Below are positions 1-8,625 of a stretch of 64,000 bases of DNA, one piece after another (within the stretch, counting starts at the first letter, position 1; every line of letters starts with the position of its first letter). This DNA is from a virus, in IMG/VR virus record IMGVR_UViG_3300027833_000035, positions 1 to 64,000 of that record, one strand, 5' to 3'. Below the pieces are notes generated by a model, which searched no databases, was not told where the DNA came from, and saw only the letters and a list, made by a program, of their open reading frames with translations. Position numbers and translations under genes: made by a program.

Positions 1-144
1 GGCTTGGAGTATCCTGAGATGGAAGACTTAGATGGTTGGCATGTGAATATCCGTTTAATAGGTGATGAAGTTAGAGAAGCTGTAGAAGCACTAAATGTAA
101 CACACGGCGTTACCCCAAGTACACCACATAGAATTTGGTTATAA
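1..144 (+). CDS. 3' end of a phage hypothetical protein (partial)
   Basis: Open frame 1 from window edge: ...DGWHVNIR...PSTPHRIWL*, TAA at 142-144. Confidence 0.6.
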   Translation, partial: GLEYPEMEDLDGWHVNIRLIGDEVREAVEALNVTHGVTPSTPHRIWL

Positions 145-162
145 CCAAATATGTAAAACTAG

Positions 163-197
163 TTGACATTTAGTTAATTCTATGATAGTATAGAATC
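163..197 (+). promoter_or_regulatory. sigma70-type early promoter P1
   Basis: TTGACA 163-168, 17 nt spacer, TGn-TAGTAT 186-191, GAATC 193-197. Confidence 0.7.
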
Positions 198-219
198 AAA
201 TCAACTTGAGGTTTATATT

Positions 220-888
220 ATGTTTAAACATGTAGAGCACGATGTAGTGCTCCCAAAACTAACACGAAAAACTACCGAAGCAGGTAGAAGATATTTTACA
301 CCAGATGGAGCAGCATATCCATCAATAACTACTGTGCTTGGAATATTAAGTAAGCAAGGTATTATTGACTGGCGTAAACGTGTCGGTGAGGCAGAGGCGA
401 ATAGAATTTCTACTCAGGCTGCCACACGAGGGACTGCGGTCCATAAACTAGCAGAAGATTATATCGACAATGTTGAAGGATGGTCCAAAGGCGCTATGCC
501 TGCAAACATTGCTTCGTTTAACGATCTTAAAACAATTTTGGACAAACGTTTAGATAATGTTTGGTTCCAAGAAGAATTTCTATATAGTGATCGCCTTAAG
601 TGTGCGGGACAAGTAGATTGCATTGCAGAGTTTGACGGTCAACTGTCCATCGTTGATTTTAAAACATCTCGCAAACCAAAAAAGGAAGAATGGATTACGA
701 GTTATTTTATCCAAGCATCTTTCTATGCCGCAGCGTTTTATGAACGAACCGGCATACCAATTAAACAAGGCGTGATTCTGATTACCGTGGATGGTTCAGA
801 GCCTCAAGTTTTTAAAGTAAACACGTATGATTATTTAGAACACTTCTTAAAGGTACGTAAAGAATATAAAAAGCAAAAAGGAATATAA
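220..888 (+). CDS. PD-(D/E)XK exonuclease (Cas4/lambda-exo-like, T4-like phage type)
   Basis: YPSITTVL, RGTAVH, AGQVDC, IVDFKTS and Q-x3-Y motifs; GAGG RBS. Confidence 0.85.
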   Translation: MFKHVEHDVVLPKLTRKTTEAGRRYFTPDGAAYPSITTVLGILSKQGIIDWRKRVGEAEANRISTQAATRGTAVHKLAEDYIDNVEGWSKGAMPANIASFNDLKTILDKRLDNVWFQEEFLYSDRLKCAGQVDCIAEFDGQLSIVDFKTSRKPKKEEWITSYFIQASFYAAAFYERTGIPIKQGVILITVDGSEPQVFKVNTYDYLEHFLKVRKEYKKQKGI

Positions 889-889
889 T

Positions 890-1120
890 ATGATTGATAG
901 AAATAAAATGATAGAGGCAATGCGTTCACACGCTCAAGGCCACATTGATAAACATAAAATGAATGTTGAAGTATATCTTGCAAACCCTGCAGGTATTGGC
1001 GAACATCCTGACGTGTTTGAAGCAATGGAAGGTGAGATCCTTGAAATGGCAAAATACCACGATGTATTAGATATGATTTCAATTCACTTTAAAGAACCAC
1101 AGGAGCCACGCGTAGTTTAA
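890..1120 (+). CDS. conserved phage hypothetical protein
   Basis: 76-aa ORF, NPAGIGEHPD motif familiar from marine T4-like phages; AAGGA RBS. Confidence 0.75.
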   Translation: MIDRNKMIEAMRSHAQGHIDKHKMNVEVYLANPAGIGEHPDVFEAMEGEILEMAKYHDVLDMISIHFKEPQEPRVV

Positions 1121-1123
1121 CTA

Positions 1124-1157
1124 TTGACATTTACTACAAAGTGTGATATATTGATTC
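1124..1157 (+). promoter_or_regulatory. sigma70-type early promoter P2
   Basis: TTGACA 1124-1129, 17 nt, TGn-TATATT 1147-1152, GATTC 1153-1157. Confidence 0.75.
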
Positions 1158-1177
1158 TAAATTAAAGGAGAATCATT

Positions 1178-1345
1178 ATGGTTGAAGTAGCACACGATAT
1201 ACAAGTTATTGAAAACGCGTTAATAGCATTTAACGAAGGGGCAGCTGATGAAAAATTTGCTGCCCTTTGGAGTTTGGAAAAACTCTTAATAGAGAAAAAG
1301 GATGCTCTATTAGAATTTGAAACACTTGAAGCTTGTTGGAAATAA
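1178..1345 (+). CDS. small hypothetical protein, 55 aa (not in ORF track)
   Basis: AAGGAG RBS, ATG 1178, MVEVAHDIQVIENALIAFNEG...LEACWK*, directly after P2. Confidence 0.75.
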   Translation: MVEVAHDIQVIENALIAFNEGAADEKFAALWSLEKLLIEKKDALLEFETLEACWK

Positions 1346-1404
1346 TTTGAAATTAAATCAAATTAGCTATTGACATTTGATGTCGAATCGGTTATATTAG
1401 AATC
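1343..1404 (+). promoter_or_regulatory. sigma70-type early promoter P3 with upstream inverted repeat
   Basis: TAATTTGA-N7-TCAAATTA 1343-1365; TTGACA 1370-1375, 17 nt, TATATT 1393-1398, GAATC 1400-1404. Confidence 0.75.
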
Positions 1405-1425
1405 AACAAATAAGGAAACTATATT

Positions 1426-1767
1426 ATGACAAACTTTGACAAAACAAAATTCAGCTACCACGGTGGATACTTAACATACCAAGGTGACTATGAAGGTCGA
1501 CCAGTATGGGAAGCAGAGCCGCGTATCCATCCTTCAAACGTTGGTAAAGGTAAAGACCTTTTTATCGCTCGGTTCAAACATAAAGGACCAATTACAAAAG
1601 CTAAGTTTCTTAAAGAACTTATTGCTAATCACACAGTTGAAGATTACGCAAACGCTTACTTGTTTGGTATGACTCCTCATGCAATCCTTGCTAACAAAAA
1701 TCCTGAATGGCATGACAAACTAATGGGTGAGTCAATTTCTAAAATGAAAAAACTAATGGGAAGGTGA
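1426..1767 (+). CDS. hypothetical protein
   Basis: 113-aa ORF with AAGGA RBS after P3. Confidence 0.75.
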   Translation: MTNFDKTKFSYHGGYLTYQGDYEGRPVWEAEPRIHPSNVGKGKDLFIARFKHKGPITKAKFLKELIANHTVEDYANAYLFGMTPHAILANKNPEWHDKLMGESISKMKKLMGR

Positions 1768-1768
1768 T

Positions 1769-2353
1769 ATGAATATATTTGTATTATCAGAAGAGCCGCG
1801 TGAAGCGGCTCAGATGATGTGTGACAAACATTGCTCAAAAATGATCGTTGAAGCAGGTCAAATGCTATCAACCGCACATCGTATGCTTGACGGTTATATG
1901 GAAAAACGCTTATCCAAATCAGGTAAACGTATGGTAAAATACTATGTCCATAACAGTGGTAATATGGAAGAAATTTTATACAAAGCTGTTCATCATGCTC
2001 ACCCTTGCACAGTATGGACGATGGCATCCAAAGCTAATTACATATGGCATTACGAACATCTTCTAGGCTTATCAGATGAATTTCAGTTACGATATAAGAA
2101 GAGCCATATGACTATAAATAAGCTAAAGGATATTCTTTCCACGCCACCTACAAACATTCCTGATATAGGTCTCACTGAGTTTCCTCAGGCTATGAACCAC
2201 TATCCAGAATGTAAAGTTGAAGGCAATCCGGTACAAGCATATCGTAATTATTACCATGCAGCCAAGAAATTTGCTGTATGGCAAAAAGGTAGAGTAAAAC
2301 CATATTGGTGGGAAGGGTTTAAAGGGTATCCACTTGAAGTACATAATCATTGA
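1769..2353 (+). CDS. pyrimidine dimer DNA glycosylase/endonuclease V-like protein
   Basis: MNIFVL...AAQMMCDKHCSKMIVEAGQMLST, HPCTVW, PQAM, V-x-AYRNYY motifs. Confidence 0.7.
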   Translation: MNIFVLSEEPREAAQMMCDKHCSKMIVEAGQMLSTAHRMLDGYMEKRLSKSGKRMVKYYVHNSGNMEEILYKAVHHAHPCTVWTMASKANYIWHYEHLLGLSDEFQLRYKKSHMTINKLKDILSTPPTNIPDIGLTEFPQAMNHYPECKVEGNPVQAYRNYYHAAKKFAVWQKGRVKPYWWEGFKGYPLEVHNH

Positions 2354-2657
2354 TCCAAACGAAGGCGTATTTTTAGGAACTCGTGAACATATGAAACACG
2401 AGGGAATTGGTATGCTTTTCTCTGCTCATAACTTTTTAGAATTAACTCAGGCGGTTTCGTGGAAGAAACGTAAAGATGCCTTTGAGTACATGCACAAATA
2501 TATTAGACCACATTTAAAACATTCTTTTGTGGCTGAAATTGAATCTTATTCTGATACAGATTATGTTTCAATATACGATATATGTAGATCCGGATACGGG
2601 GATCACGGCACGGAAATGATTGACTCATTACCAATGTCAAATAATACCGTACATTAA
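2334..2657 (+). CDS. hypothetical protein
   Basis: 107-aa ORF (TTG start) overlapping upstream gene and ending before P4. Confidence 0.6.
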   Translation: MKYIIIDPNEGVFLGTREHMKHEGIGMLFSAHNFLELTQAVSWKKRKDAFEYMHKYIRPHLKHSFVAEIESYSDTDYVSIYDICRSGYGDHGTEMIDSLPMSNNTVH

Positions 2658-2716
2658 TTTGAAATTAAATCAAATTAACTATTGACATTTCCATTAAACT
2701 ATGTTATATTAGAATC
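2654..2716 (+). promoter_or_regulatory. sigma70-type early promoter P4 with upstream inverted repeat
   Basis: TTAATTTGA-N7-TCAAATTAA 2654-2678; TTGACA 2682-2687, 17 nt, TGn-TATATT 2705-2710, GAATC 2712-2716. Confidence 0.75.
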
Positions 2717-2754
2717 AATATCAAATCAAATAAATAAACAAAGGAAATAATATT

Positions 2755-3708
2755 ATGGCACACGAATTGGAAATGGTAAACGGTCAAGCTCAAATGGCAT
2801 ACCGTGAAAGTAAAGGTCTACCTTGGCACGGTCTTGGTACACCGGTAACAGACGATATGTCACCAAAAGAAATGATGAAAGCTGCTGGTCTAGATTGGTC
2901 AGTTGAAGAAGTAGAATGTTTTGCACCATGGAAAGGTAAAAATATTGCTACAGGAACGAAAACACTTATTCGTTCAACTGATGGAAAAGTATTAACGAAT
3001 GTAGGTAAAAATTGGAACCCAGTTCAAAATGCTGACGCCTTTGACTTCTTTACTGAATTCGTATCAAATGGCGATATGCAAATGGATACCGCAGGTTCTC
3101 TTAAAGATGGACGTTTGGTATGGGCATTAGCCGATGTACAAGATGGATTTGAATTATTTGGCGGAGACGAAGTAAAAGGTTATTTACTATTCTCTAATCC
3201 ACATATGTATGGCAAATCAATCGACATTAAGTTTGTTATGGAACGTGTTGTATGTAACAATACATTAGCTGTAGCTTTGAATGAAAAAAATCAACCATCA
3301 GTACGTGTAAGTCACCGTTCAGTATTCAACCCAGATAGTGTAAAAGAAATCCTTGGTATTGGTCACAATAAAGTTGAGGAATTTAAAAATGCCGCAGAGT
3401 TTCTTGGTTCAAAACGTTACACTGATGAAAAACTTACAGAGTTCTTTGGCGTTGTATTTGGAAAATCAACAAAAGAAAAAGAAACATTAGCTCGTAATGC
3501 TAAAGAAGCAATGGCTTTAGTTGAAAACCAACCTGGATGTGAATATGCGCCTGGAACTTGGTGGAATGCTTATAATGCCGTTACATATATGACTGACCAT
3601 AATTTAGGTCGTTCAGCTGACTCTCGTATGGCGTCAGCATGGTTTGGCGGGAACGCAAAACGTAAAGTTGACGCACTAACTACTGCGTTAGATATGGCTG
3701 ATGCTTAA
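2755..3708 (+). CDS. DUF932/DUF945 phage/plasmid-like protein
   Basis: MAHE..., PWHGLG, AGLDW, PVQN, TAGSL, RVVCNNTL, GTWWNAYNAVT motifs. Confidence 0.85.
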   Translation: MAHELEMVNGQAQMAYRESKGLPWHGLGTPVTDDMSPKEMMKAAGLDWSVEEVECFAPWKGKNIATGTKTLIRSTDGKVLTNVGKNWNPVQNADAFDFFTEFVSNGDMQMDTAGSLKDGRLVWALADVQDGFELFGGDEVKGYLLFSNPHMYGKSIDIKFVMERVVCNNTLAVALNEKNQPSVRVSHRSVFNPDSVKEILGIGHNKVEEFKNAAEFLGSKRYTDEKLTEFFGVVFGKSTKEKETLARNAKEAMALVENQPGCEYAPGTWWNAYNAVTYMTDHNLGRSADSRMASAWFGGNAKRKVDALTTALDMADA

Positions 3709-3793
3709 TCTAACACAAATTATCGCATGGGGATTAGTATTTGGACTAATCCTCATTGCATTAGATCCTTTAATGATTATTCGTGGAATATAA
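3701..3793 (+). CDS. putative 30-aa single-pass membrane peptide (not in ORF track)
   Basis: MLNLTQIIAWGLVFGLILIALDPLMIIRGI*, overlaps previous stop and fills the gap to next gene. Confidence 0.5.
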   Translation: MLNLTQIIAWGLVFGLILIALDPLMIIRGI

Positions 3794-3796
3794 TAA

Positions 3797-4153
3797 ATGA
3801 ACTACACTATACTTTATATCGCCTTTCACCTTGCCGGCATTGGTGGTTACCAATTCTATGGCGAAGACTACTATTTAATCCTTAGTGTATTACCTATTGC
3901 CTATGCACTATTTCAATATTTAAAGGTAAGCATTCTAGTACTCAGTCCTGCGTGGGATGTTGAACTTTCATATGCTGACCATATTCCAACTAATTGGAAA
4001 TATTTACATAACGCAGTAATGACATTGTCAACATATTTAATTTGGTCTGCAGGTTATCAGTTTTTTGCTGGTATTATTTCTTTATATATATTCGTGGTGG
4101 TTGGGTCGTTGTTAGTTACATCAACCAATATTAATCTTGGAGACGAAGACTAA
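3797..4153 (+). CDS. membrane hypothetical protein
   Basis: 118 aa with about 4 hydrophobic segments. Confidence 0.7.
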   Translation: MNYTILYIAFHLAGIGGYQFYGEDYYLILSVLPIAYALFQYLKVSILVLSPAWDVELSYADHIPTNWKYLHNAVMTLSTYLIWSAGYQFFAGIISLYIFVVVGSLLVTSTNINLGDED

Positions 4154-4578
4154 TGAAAATATTGATTTTTGGCTTGCCGGGTTCTGGTAAAACTTGGCTT
4201 GCCGAACGATTACAAAAAAGACTGGAATGCGCTTGGTTCAATGCAGACGAAATACGTCGTATGGCAAATGACTGGGAATTTTCTGAAGCAGCTAGATACC
4301 GTCAAGCACATCGAATGGCGTCTATTGCCAACAATGAAAAGTACCACGATCGTACAGTTATATGCGATTTTGTTTGTCCGACTGAAGTTACTAGGGCAAT
4401 CTATGATGCTGACTATACGGTTTGGATGGATACTATTTCCCGAGGTAGATTTGAAGATACAAACGATATGTTTGAAACACCTGAAAAAGTAGACTACCAT
4501 GTAGAGGAATGGTTTGATAATACGGACGAAGCCTTAGCAGATGCTATTGCAAGACATATAAGGATTAATAATGTTTGA
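4153..4578 (+). CDS. adenylylsulfate kinase (CysC)-like P-loop kinase
   Basis: GLPGSGKT Walker A, NADEIR, DW-x-FS, VICDFVCP. Confidence 0.75.
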   Translation: MKILIFGLPGSGKTWLAERLQKRLECAWFNADEIRRMANDWEFSEAARYRQAHRMASIANNEKYHDRTVICDFVCPTEVTRAIYDADYTVWMDTISRGRFEDTNDMFETPEKVDYHVEEWFDNTDEALADAIARHIRINNV

Positions 4579-4978
4579 TTATAAAAAGCCAACAGTACAG
4601 ATGTTGGGAAGATGGCAGCCATGGCACGATGGACATACAGAGCTATTTAAACGAGCTCACTCTGTTACAGGTCAAGTTGTCATTATGATACGTGATGTAT
4701 TTAACTTTGACGGCGATGCTGGAGGTGGTCGTACAGCTATGCAAGACGATAACCCCTTTGGTATTATTGATGTGATTGCTAATATTGAAAAAGGATTAGC
4801 CCCACATGGTTTTTACAATGGAAACCAATATCTTATACTAGAGGTTCCTAATATCGTGGATATTAGTTATGGTCGTGGTGTTGGATATACGTTTACTGAA
4901 CATGATTTAGGCAAAGATGTACATGATATATCTGCAACTAAAATACGTAAACAAATGCGAGAAGATGGAAAACTCTAG
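4571..4978 (+). CDS. HxGH nucleotidyltransferase (cytidylyltransferase/NadM-like)
   Basis: GRWQPWHDGH, DNPF, ISATKIR motifs. Confidence 0.8.
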   Translation: MFDYKKPTVQMLGRWQPWHDGHTELFKRAHSVTGQVVIMIRDVFNFDGDAGGGRTAMQDDNPFGIIDVIANIEKGLAPHGFYNGNQYLILEVPNIVDISYGRGVGYTFTEHDLGKDVHDISATKIRKQMREDGKL

Positions 4979-5012
4979 TTGACATTTTTGATATAATGGT
5001 ATATATTGATTC
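4979..5012 (+). promoter_or_regulatory. sigma70-type early promoter P5
   Basis: TTGACA 4979-4984, 17 nt, TATATT 5002-5007, GATTC 5008-5012. Confidence 0.7.
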
Positions 5013-5032
5013 TAATAACGAAGGATTATATA

Positions 5033-6169
5033 ATGGAAATAGTTAATACAACAGAAGAACTTTATAAACGTGACTCTAAAGGAAAGATTAGATTTTATCG
5101 TGGTGAAGTTGGCCAAGAAAATGGTAAGTATTATAAACGTGCTGTGACAGGTCTAAATGATGGAAAGCTTGTAGAGTCAGGTTGGCGAGAAGTTGAACAA
5201 AAAAATATCGGTAAAGTAAACGAAACATCGTTACATGAACAAGCATTAGCTGAAATAACAGCAGATGCTAAAAAGAAATCAGATCGTGGTTATTTTAACG
5301 ATATTAATAAAGTTGATACTTACGATAAAATTAAACCGATGCTTGCTTCTAAACATGAAGATGCTAAATATGATTTTGAAAATAAAACATATTACACTCA
5401 ACCAAAACTTGATGGTATTCGTTGTATTGCAAAAGCTGATGGATTATGGACCAGAGCAGGTAAAGAGCTTATAAGTGTACCTCATATTAATAACGAATTA
5501 AAAACATTTTTTGAAAAGTATCCAGATGCTATTTTAGATGGTGAGCTATATAACCACGAATTGCGTGAAAACTTTAATAAGATTACTTCTTTAGTTCGTA
5601 AGACGAAACCAGAACCGTGGGATATTAAAGACTCTGCAAGACTGGTAGAGTATCATGTATATGATGTTATTAGCCATACTGGTGTATTTTCTGAACGTAT
5701 GGATTGGATTACTGAACAGGCTGAAGGAATTCCTAAGTTTACTAATTCAGTTATACTTGTTGAAACACAACAAATTTATAATCAAAATATGATGGACGAT
5801 ATTTATGGCGCATACCTTGAAGATGGATTTGAAGGCCAGATGATACGAATTAATGATGTGTACCAAATGAATAAACGTTCTAAATTCTTAATTAAGCGAA
5901 AAGAATTCCTTACAGATGAATACGATGTAATTAAAGTTGAAGAAGGGAAAGGCAATTGGGCTGGACATATCAAACGATTTGTTATGCAAACAGACAAAGG
6001 CCAAGAATTTGGTGCAGGGGTTCGTGGTACTCAAAAGGTATTAAAGGATTTATTTGAAAATGGACCAAACCCAGATTGGTGTACCTTGAGATATTTTTCA
6101 CCAACACCTGACGGCATTCCGCGTTTTCCAGTTGTTATTGACTGGGGCGTAGGCAAAAGAGAAGACTAA
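5033..6169 (+). CDS. ATP-dependent DNA ligase
   Basis: PMLA, QPKLDGIRC (motif I), LDGELY, YHVYD, GFEGQMIR, RFPV; start set to ATG 5033 after AAGGA. Confidence 0.9.
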   Translation: MEIVNTTEELYKRDSKGKIRFYRGEVGQENGKYYKRAVTGLNDGKLVESGWREVEQKNIGKVNETSLHEQALAEITADAKKKSDRGYFNDINKVDTYDKIKPMLASKHEDAKYDFENKTYYTQPKLDGIRCIAKADGLWTRAGKELISVPHINNELKTFFEKYPDAILDGELYNHELRENFNKITSLVRKTKPEPWDIKDSARLVEYHVYDVISHTGVFSERMDWITEQAEGIPKFTNSVILVETQQIYNQNMMDDIYGAYLEDGFEGQMIRINDVYQMNKRSKFLIKRKEFLTDEYDVIKVEEGKGNWAGHIKRFVMQTDKGQEFGAGVRGTQKVLKDLFENGPNPDWCTLRYFSPTPDGIPRFPVVIDWGVGKRED

Positions 6170-6201
6170 TGGATTTAAAATTTACAACAGCAGGAGACTA
6201 T

Positions 6202-6447
6202 ATGATGAGTGACACAGCAAGTGTAACAGCGGACGAATTACGTGCGTTTATTGAACGGGTTGAAACCTTAGAGGAAGAAAAGGCAGCCGTTTCTGACCAA
6301 ATTAAAGATGTAATGTCTGAAGCAAAAGGCCGTGGATATGAAGCAAAAATCCTACGCAAAATCGTTTCAATTCGTAAACGTAACCGTGACGATGTTGATA
6401 ATGAAAACGCTATGACTGAACTATATATGGATGCGTTAGGAATGTAA
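6202..6447 (+). CDS. gapR: GapR/DUF2312 (UPF0335) nucleoid-associated protein homologue
   Basis: VTADELRAFIERVETLEEEK...IKDVMSEAKGRGYEAKILRKIVSIRKR...LYMDALGM; AGGAG RBS before ATG 6202. Confidence 0.88.
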   Translation: MMSDTASVTADELRAFIERVETLEEEKAAVSDQIKDVMSEAKGRGYEAKILRKIVSIRKRNRDDVDNENAMTELYMDALGM

Positions 6448-7193
6448 TGCGACCACAATACGAAATTACTGTACCTTATTATCAGCAACAGGAATCAAAT
6501 GAGCCACAACTCAATTCAGCTGAAGATGGACATCGTTATGCGATGTTTGTTAAGGGTAACGACCATTTAATCGACGGACGAACTTATTGTTTCCAAGACG
6601 AAGATGGTAATTACGTCAGTACTTTCGTAAGCCAATATTCTGATATTATTGAACAAAACCTAGAACCGCGTGTGAAGGAGGGTGTACTTTCTTTACACGC
6701 AAAAGGTTATTTAACTTTTACTAGCTGCCAAGGTCATGCTGACTCAAAGCACAGATATATTGGAGTAGTGTTTAATAATAAAGAACAAAAGAAAGAATTT
6801 ATTGAATCAGTGGATAAACTTAATTGTGGTATCCATTGGTACGATAATTCAATAAACAGTGTTGAAAGACCGTGCCATGAAATACCTTGGTGGTCAGAAG
6901 GTGGTATAACGTTACACATTGTTTATGACGATCAAAAATATAACGAAGCACCACAACAAAGACGCAGACAAAAACCATATACTGATTCAGAACTCACTAA
7001 ATTTTGGAACATACAAACTAATCGTAACTATACTCATTATGAATGTATAGTGTTTTCGTTTGGTTATCCGATGGTAGAGAAAAGTATATGGCATAGAATA
7101 CATAGATGGTTATTCTATAAACAAGATAAGGTTGAAAACTCATATGAAGACTTCCTATCTAAAGCGTCATATCTCCCAGACTATCTTGCATAA
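6447..7193 (+). CDS. hypothetical protein
   Basis: 248-aa ORF coupled by TAATG; TFTSCQGH motif. Confidence 0.75.
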   Translation: MRPQYEITVPYYQQQESNEPQLNSAEDGHRYAMFVKGNDHLIDGRTYCFQDEDGNYVSTFVSQYSDIIEQNLEPRVKEGVLSLHAKGYLTFTSCQGHADSKHRYIGVVFNNKEQKKEFIESVDKLNCGIHWYDNSINSVERPCHEIPWWSEGGITLHIVYDDQKYNEAPQQRRRQKPYTDSELTKFWNIQTNRNYTHYECIVFSFGYPMVEKSIWHRIHRWLFYKQDKVENSYEDFLSKASYLPDYLA

Positions 7194-7218
7194 AAAAAGG
7201 GAAGCCCGAAAGCTTCCC
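7192..7218 (-). terminator. intrinsic terminator after major capsid gene
   Basis: Minus strand GGGAAGC-TTTCGG-GCTTCCC then TTTTTTT (UUCG-type loop). Confidence 0.85.
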
Positions 7219-7248
7219 TAGTTAGTATCGTTAACCGATATCTTATAT

Positions 7249-8556
7249 TTAGAACAAGTTGCTCACTGCTACACGTCTGTAATAAACGTTTGCATTGGCA
7301 GTAAGTGCACCGTTACCTTGAGCTGCGCCACCGGCGAATGGGTTTGATACCATGCCGTAACGAGTCTTAAAGCCGATTTTTGGTTGGAAAGAATTCTCAC
7401 CAACTGCACGAACCATTTGTAACGGCACATATGGGCAATAGAATAGACCAGCATCGAATGATGATGAACCTTTATATCCTACAACCATGTAGTTAGCGCC
7501 TGCATATGGGTCGATATACACTTTGTAACGACCGTTTAGAACACCAGCGAATGTATTGCCTGTGTCGTCAACGTTCAACGAGTTAGAGTTAAGAGCTGGA
7601 GTATAATCTAGTACACCCGCCATTTGAAGTGCTGAAGCAACATCAGATGAACAGATAACCATGTTACCTTTCCCACGTCTTGTTCCTTTAGCAATCGCGT
7701 TAGCTTCTTGCTCGATTTGGAACATAAGACCTTTGAACTTCTCTACTGACCAACGACCGTTAGCATCAACATCTAAGTCGAATGTGCCTGGTGTCGCTGT
7801 TGCAGCTGCACCAGCAACCGCATTTGTGTAGATTGTACGAACTAATTCACGGTTGATTTCCACTAGGATTTCAGACTGTAAGATGTTCGCTAGTTCTGTT
7901 TCAGCATCTAGACCGTGTACGGCTTTAAGATCCTGAGCAAGCTCTGTTGTATATTCAGCTTTCAATGCTCTTGACTTAGCAGCAACAGTAACTTTTTCGA
8001 TTGAGAAAGCCATTTCAGCGAATGCATCGCCAGTTGAACCAAGTGCTTCAGCGTCAGCTGTTGCCATGCCAGTACCAGTTGTTTCTGATCCTGCACCCAA
8101 TGCGTTAGCATGTGTACCTGCACCAGAAAAATCTGTATCAGCTTCGTTGTAGAATACTTCGTTAGCCGCAGCTTGTGTAGTATGTGTTGAACGCATTGCA
8201 AAGATCAAGCCTGTTGGGCCTGTCATTGGCTGAACGCCAGCAATATCGTATGCGATCAAGTTTGGCATTGCACGACGTACTAGTGAAATAAGTACTGGGT
8301 CGTAACCAGCTGTTGGACCGCCAGCGGCTGAAGTAGAAGCGAAACCGCCTGTGCCTACATCGTTTGCAGCTGTTTCAGAAAGTAAGCCTGTCATGTTGGC
8401 AGATAAGTCACCTGACTCCGCTAAAGCTTTTTCTGTGTTTTCAAGAATTGTCGCTGTGACAGATTTCTTGTGGTTGTCTGTAATAGCAGAAAAAGAGGAA
8501 TGCTCCAAGATTGGACCCCATTTTTCAACTAATGCTTGATAGTTTGACTGAGTCAT
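7249..8556 (-). CDS. gp23: major capsid protein (T4 gp23)
   Basis: KW-x-PILE, DPVLISLVRRAMPNLIAYDIAGVQPMTGPTGLIFAMR, FYCPYVPLQM, FQPKIGFKTRYG. Confidence 0.98.
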   Translation of the reverse strand: MTQSNYQALVEKWGPILEHSSFSAITDNHKKSVTATILENTEKALAESGDLSANMTGLLSETAANDVGTGGFASTSAAGGPTAGYDPVLISLVRRAMPNLIAYDIAGVQPMTGPTGLIFAMRSTHTTQAAANEVFYNEADTDFSGAGTHANALGAGSETTGTGMATADAEALGSTGDAFAEMAFSIEKVTVAAKSRALKAEYTTELAQDLKAVHGLDAETELANILQSEILVEINRELVRTIYTNAVAGAAATATPGTFDLDVDANGRWSVEKFKGLMFQIEQEANAIAKGTRRGKGNMVICSSDVASALQMAGVLDYTPALNSNSLNVDDTGNTFAGVLNGRYKVYIDPYAGANYMVVGYKGSSSFDAGLFYCPYVPLQMVRAVGENSFQPKIGFKTRYGMVSNPFAGGAAQGNGALTANANVYYRRVAVSNLF

Positions 8557-8590
8557 TAGATTCTATCTCCTTGTTGATTTATTCTGGATA

Positions 8591-8598
8591 TATTTATA
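8591..8598 (-). promoter_or_regulatory. T4-type late promoter TATAAATA (gp23)
   Basis: TATTTATA on + strand 35 nt upstream of gp23 start. Confidence 0.8.
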
Positions 8599-8625
8599 AA
8601 AGTTAAGTTTTTCATTGGTTGGTAA

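Noticed and set aside
220-888. Cas4-like nuclease as a sign of a CRISPR system
   Set aside because: No Fe-S Cys set, no other cas genes and no repeat-spacer array; standard phage exonuclease
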